Positions 62,893 through 64,000 of a stretch of DNA of 64,000 nt are shown here, in pieces. The translations under genes were made by a program, and so were the position numbers. The DNA lies in contig CAKKNE010000001.1 of assembly GCA_918797485.1 (NCBI GenBank), positions 5,456,001 through 5,520,000 of the forward strand, given 5' to 3'. The stretch is from Pelagomonas calceolata (taxonomy: Eukaryota). Under the pieces are notes generated by a model. The model saw nothing but the letters and a program-made list of their open reading frames with translations. It did no database searches and was not told where the DNA came from. How positions within the stretch are numbered: position 1 is the stretch's first letter; every line of letters begins with the position of its first letter.

Positions 62893-64000
62893 TTATGACT
62901 CCAACGCCTCCACCGCCGCGGCCTTCAGCGCCGACAGGTCCGCGTCGGACAGCGCCTTCGTCGCGTCCACGGACGTCTCCGGCAGCGCCGCAAGCAGCTT
63001 GTCGACCTTGACCGACGCGTCCTCGGCAGAAACGCCGTCGAAGAGGCCCTGCTGCACGGCGACGGCGACGCCGCAGACGCTGGAAAGCGACCGCGGCGGG
63101 TCGTCGGCGCCGACGCGCAGCGCCGCCCGCCACGCCGCGGCGCGCACGAGGGCCTGCTCGTCGGCCGCCTCCTCCTCGTTGACGCGCTCTCGTTCCACGT
63201 TCGTCGCCGCGGCGAGCTCCAACCGTAAACGGTTGCCCACGCCCAGCGTGACGAGCGCCGGCGGCCGCGTGTCCGTGCCGACGTCGGCGCCGACGCCCAC
63301 TCTTTGTAGAGACGCCGACGCGTCGACGTCGCAGACGCCCTTCTCATTCCTCATGACCTCGACGTGCGCGTCGCCAATAGAAGTGAGCATCTCGCAGGCC
63401 TCCGACCGCCGCTTCGTGCCGGGCGCGTCGGGTCTTTTGTTCGTGTTCGGCGCCGCGACGCCGATCTTCCCCAGGATGTCGTCCGTGATGGCGATGCCCC
63501 GCGCGTCGAGGGCCTCCAGGCGGTCCATGATGGACTTGCGCGCGCCCGCCGCCCGGAACTGGTCGAGCGTGTAGGATTCGGTGGACAGAACCTCCTCCTC
63601 CTTCGGGGGCTCGTCCGCCGTCAGCGCGACGACTGTGAGGGACCCGCCGCCCTGCATGTTGCCCGCCCTTTGGAGGACTGCGGAAAAGAACGCTCTACAT
63701 TCCGAGTCGTCCCCCAATCCCACGTTCTCCGCGCCGAACCGCTCCGCCAGGATTGATGTCGACCGCGTCCACAGGTCCACGAGCGGCTCGAAGCCGTCCA
63801 ACACGACCAACGCATCTTTGCCTTGCGCCATGGCCTCGGCGCCGTGCGCCATCGCCGCGTGGGCGCAGAGGACGGCCTCGCATTCCGACGCGAAGGCCGA
63901 CGCCCTTTTCCTAGGTGCCACGATGCCCGTCTCTCCCCAGAACTTCTTCTTCTGGGAGCGCTTATTGCCCGCTTCGTCGAGACCCGCGTAGATCTTGACC
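62893..64000 (-). CDS. 5'-partial divergent F1-ATPase alpha-subunit-like protein
   Basis: GKDALVVLD, FFSAVLQRAGNMQGGGSLT, LTSIGDAHV, SLQRVG parallel conserved F1-alpha blocks. Frame is open to the window edge. Confidence 0.65.
   Translation of the reverse strand, partial: VKIYAGLDEAGNKRSQKKKFWGETGIVAPRKRASAFASECEAVLCAHAAMAHGAEAMAQGKDALVVLDGFEPLVDLWTRSTSILAERFGAENVGLGDDSECRAFFSAVLQRAGNMQGGGSLTVVALTADEPPKEEEVLSTESYTLDQFRAAGARKSIMDRLEALDARGIAITDDILGKIGVAAPNTNKRPDAPGTKRRSEACEMLTSIGDAHVEVMRNEKGVCDVDASASLQRVGVGADVGTDTRPPALVTLGVGNRLRLELAAATNVERERVNEEEAADEQALVRAAAWRAALRVGADDPPRSLSSVCGVAVAVQQGLFDGVSAEDASVKVDKLLAALPETSVDATKALSDADLSALKAAAVEALES

Noticed and set aside
1..64000. tRNA, rRNA or transposase genes
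   Set aside because: No cloverleaf with a T-loop in context, no rRNA signature and no DDE or reverse-transcriptase motif were recognised by eye.

Overview
GC-rich, gene-dense eukaryotic nuclear DNA. The gene content, bipartite plastid-targeting leaders and intron style suggest a pelagophyte alga (Pelagomonas/Aureococcus-like); this assignment is inference. About 28 protein genes are supported, including class I aldolase, a thioredoxin-reductase-family flavoprotein, SIL1-like, CIA2, SEC22, RPAP1-like, a CCT-domain protein, a sulfotransferase, U-box and RING ligases, an EF-hand bestrophin and an SF1 helicase. A U1 snRNA lies at 8782-8958. Structure outside the ORF track: (1) seven introns are small TIR elements flanked by 8-bp target-site duplications (introner-type), with the donor taken from the TSD and the acceptor from the TIR; (2) an unnamed bipartite motif, GCTAGCG-N-(TAAGRC/GACAC)ACTAG, occurs 11 times, always 5' of genes; (3) a palindrome-forming CGCCATCG motif occupies introns and 3' intergenic gaps; (4) 5'-truncated gene fragments sit back-to-back in 3' gaps. 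The most notable protein is a membrane receptor joining DUF285/BspA-like repeats, a TM helix, an MLKL/HeLo-like four-helix bundle and an intact kinase. All motif counts were made by eye and no database searches were run.
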